A stretch of DNA of 64,000 nt, taken from the NCBI RefSeq assembly GCF_035594765.1, contig NW_026943818.1, forward strand, positions 20,038,724 to 20,102,723, given 5' to 3'. Positions 62,937-64,000 of the stretch are shown here, piece by piece. The notes beneath the pieces are model-generated. The model searched no databases and was not told the origin of the DNA. It saw only the letters and a program-made list of their open reading frames with translations. The position numbers and the translations under genes were made by a program. Each line of letters opens with the position of its first letter. The first letter of the stretch is position 1. The DNA comes from Anolis carolinensis. Its lineage: Eukaryota.

Positions 62937-64000
62937 GTAAGCAGTCTCTTTAGGTTATTATCGGGATGAAACTTGTGGGGATTTCACTATAAATCACTTT
63001 AGTAAATATTCCTGTATGTCCATTAAATAAACTAGGGGCGGCCTCTTAGACTCCACTATTACAGCCACAACTTGGCAGACAGTTGAGGACTCTGCTTGGC
63101 ACCCTGAACTATTTAAAAAATGGAGCTTTTAAAAAAAACATATGAGTTGATCCCTTTGTTCATTTGTAAAACAAGATTAGTTTTCATTCCTGACTTACGG
63201 TGATCCGAAGGAAACGTATCACAGAGTTTTCTTGGCAAGAGTTGTTCAGAGGTGGTTGGCCCTTGCCTCCTTCTGAGGCCGAGAGAGTGTGACTTGCCCA
63301 ACCTCACCTGGATAGCACTGTGTAATTGTGCAGCCCTTCCTTTGAAAGTAGTTGCTCTGCTCCAGAAACTTTGTTTTTGTAGCTACCACAAACTATGTTG
63401 AATTGGTTGAGGCTCAATGAAATACTCTATATGCTTGAAGATAAGCCAAGTTTTTCAGTCCTTTTTTTTTTTTGAGCTGAAAAAGCCTTCCTCGGCTTAT
63501 AATGGGGTCAAGGTCAAGGCCGGGCAACAGAACCTGGAGGCCATTGCTTGCAATATATGATATATTTATCTCTTACCCTCCCTTATCAGTGTGTTTTCCA
63601 AAGCCTCCCTCGCTCTTAACCAAGGGAATGTTTTGAAAAGGGAAAGAAGCCCTTGCGAGTCAGGAAGAAGAAAAATATATATCCATTAATCTTATAAAAG
63701 CATTTTCCCCTGAAATATTTGTTTAACTCTCCTACAGATATATAGGCATTAACCCCCTGCATGCATTTGCTATCCCTATGTACTTATATATCTGTATCTA
63801 TCTATATACATTAATTTTATATATGAATTTCCCCCTCATATGTTTGCAAATCCTATATACTCTTTGCAAATCCTATATACATATAGATCTATGTACCTGT
63901 ATATCTGTATCCATATATATATACATTATTTAACCTACTGATGCCTCAATTAATGTAATTTTATTGGTATCTATTTTTATTTTGAAATTTACCAGTAGCT

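Overview
Vertebrate genomic DNA, almost certainly a squamate and probably an Anolis-type lizard (Sauria-SINE-type, CR1, L2, R4/Dong, Penelope and Helitron content). Five spliced genes can be reconstructed with GT-AG junctions and consistent phases. These are MYBBP1A (exons 1-2, minus), EIF4H (7 coding exons, 254 aa, plus), LAT2/NTAL (9 coding exons, about 152 aa, plus), RFC2 (11 exons, 339 aa, minus) and CLIP2 (first coding exon, plus). EIF4H-LAT2-RFC2-CLIP2 is the Williams-Beuren syntenic block, here abutting MYBBP1A instead of LIMK1. Introns and intergenic DNA are packed with TE fragments and six tandem arrays. There is no prokaryotic system, and the CRISPR-looking array is a LINE-derived minisatellite. 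The most notable observations are: (1) a LAT2-intronic minisatellite whose monomer is a bipartite CTCF-like site; (2) an inverted copy of RFC2 exon 3/intron 3 inserted 28 kb away in EIF4H intron 6 at a transposon end; (3) arrays built from LINE 3' ends; (4) a shortened LAT2; (5) repeated fold-back or templated-insertion events. All calls were made by eye, and TE family names and motif function are unverified.
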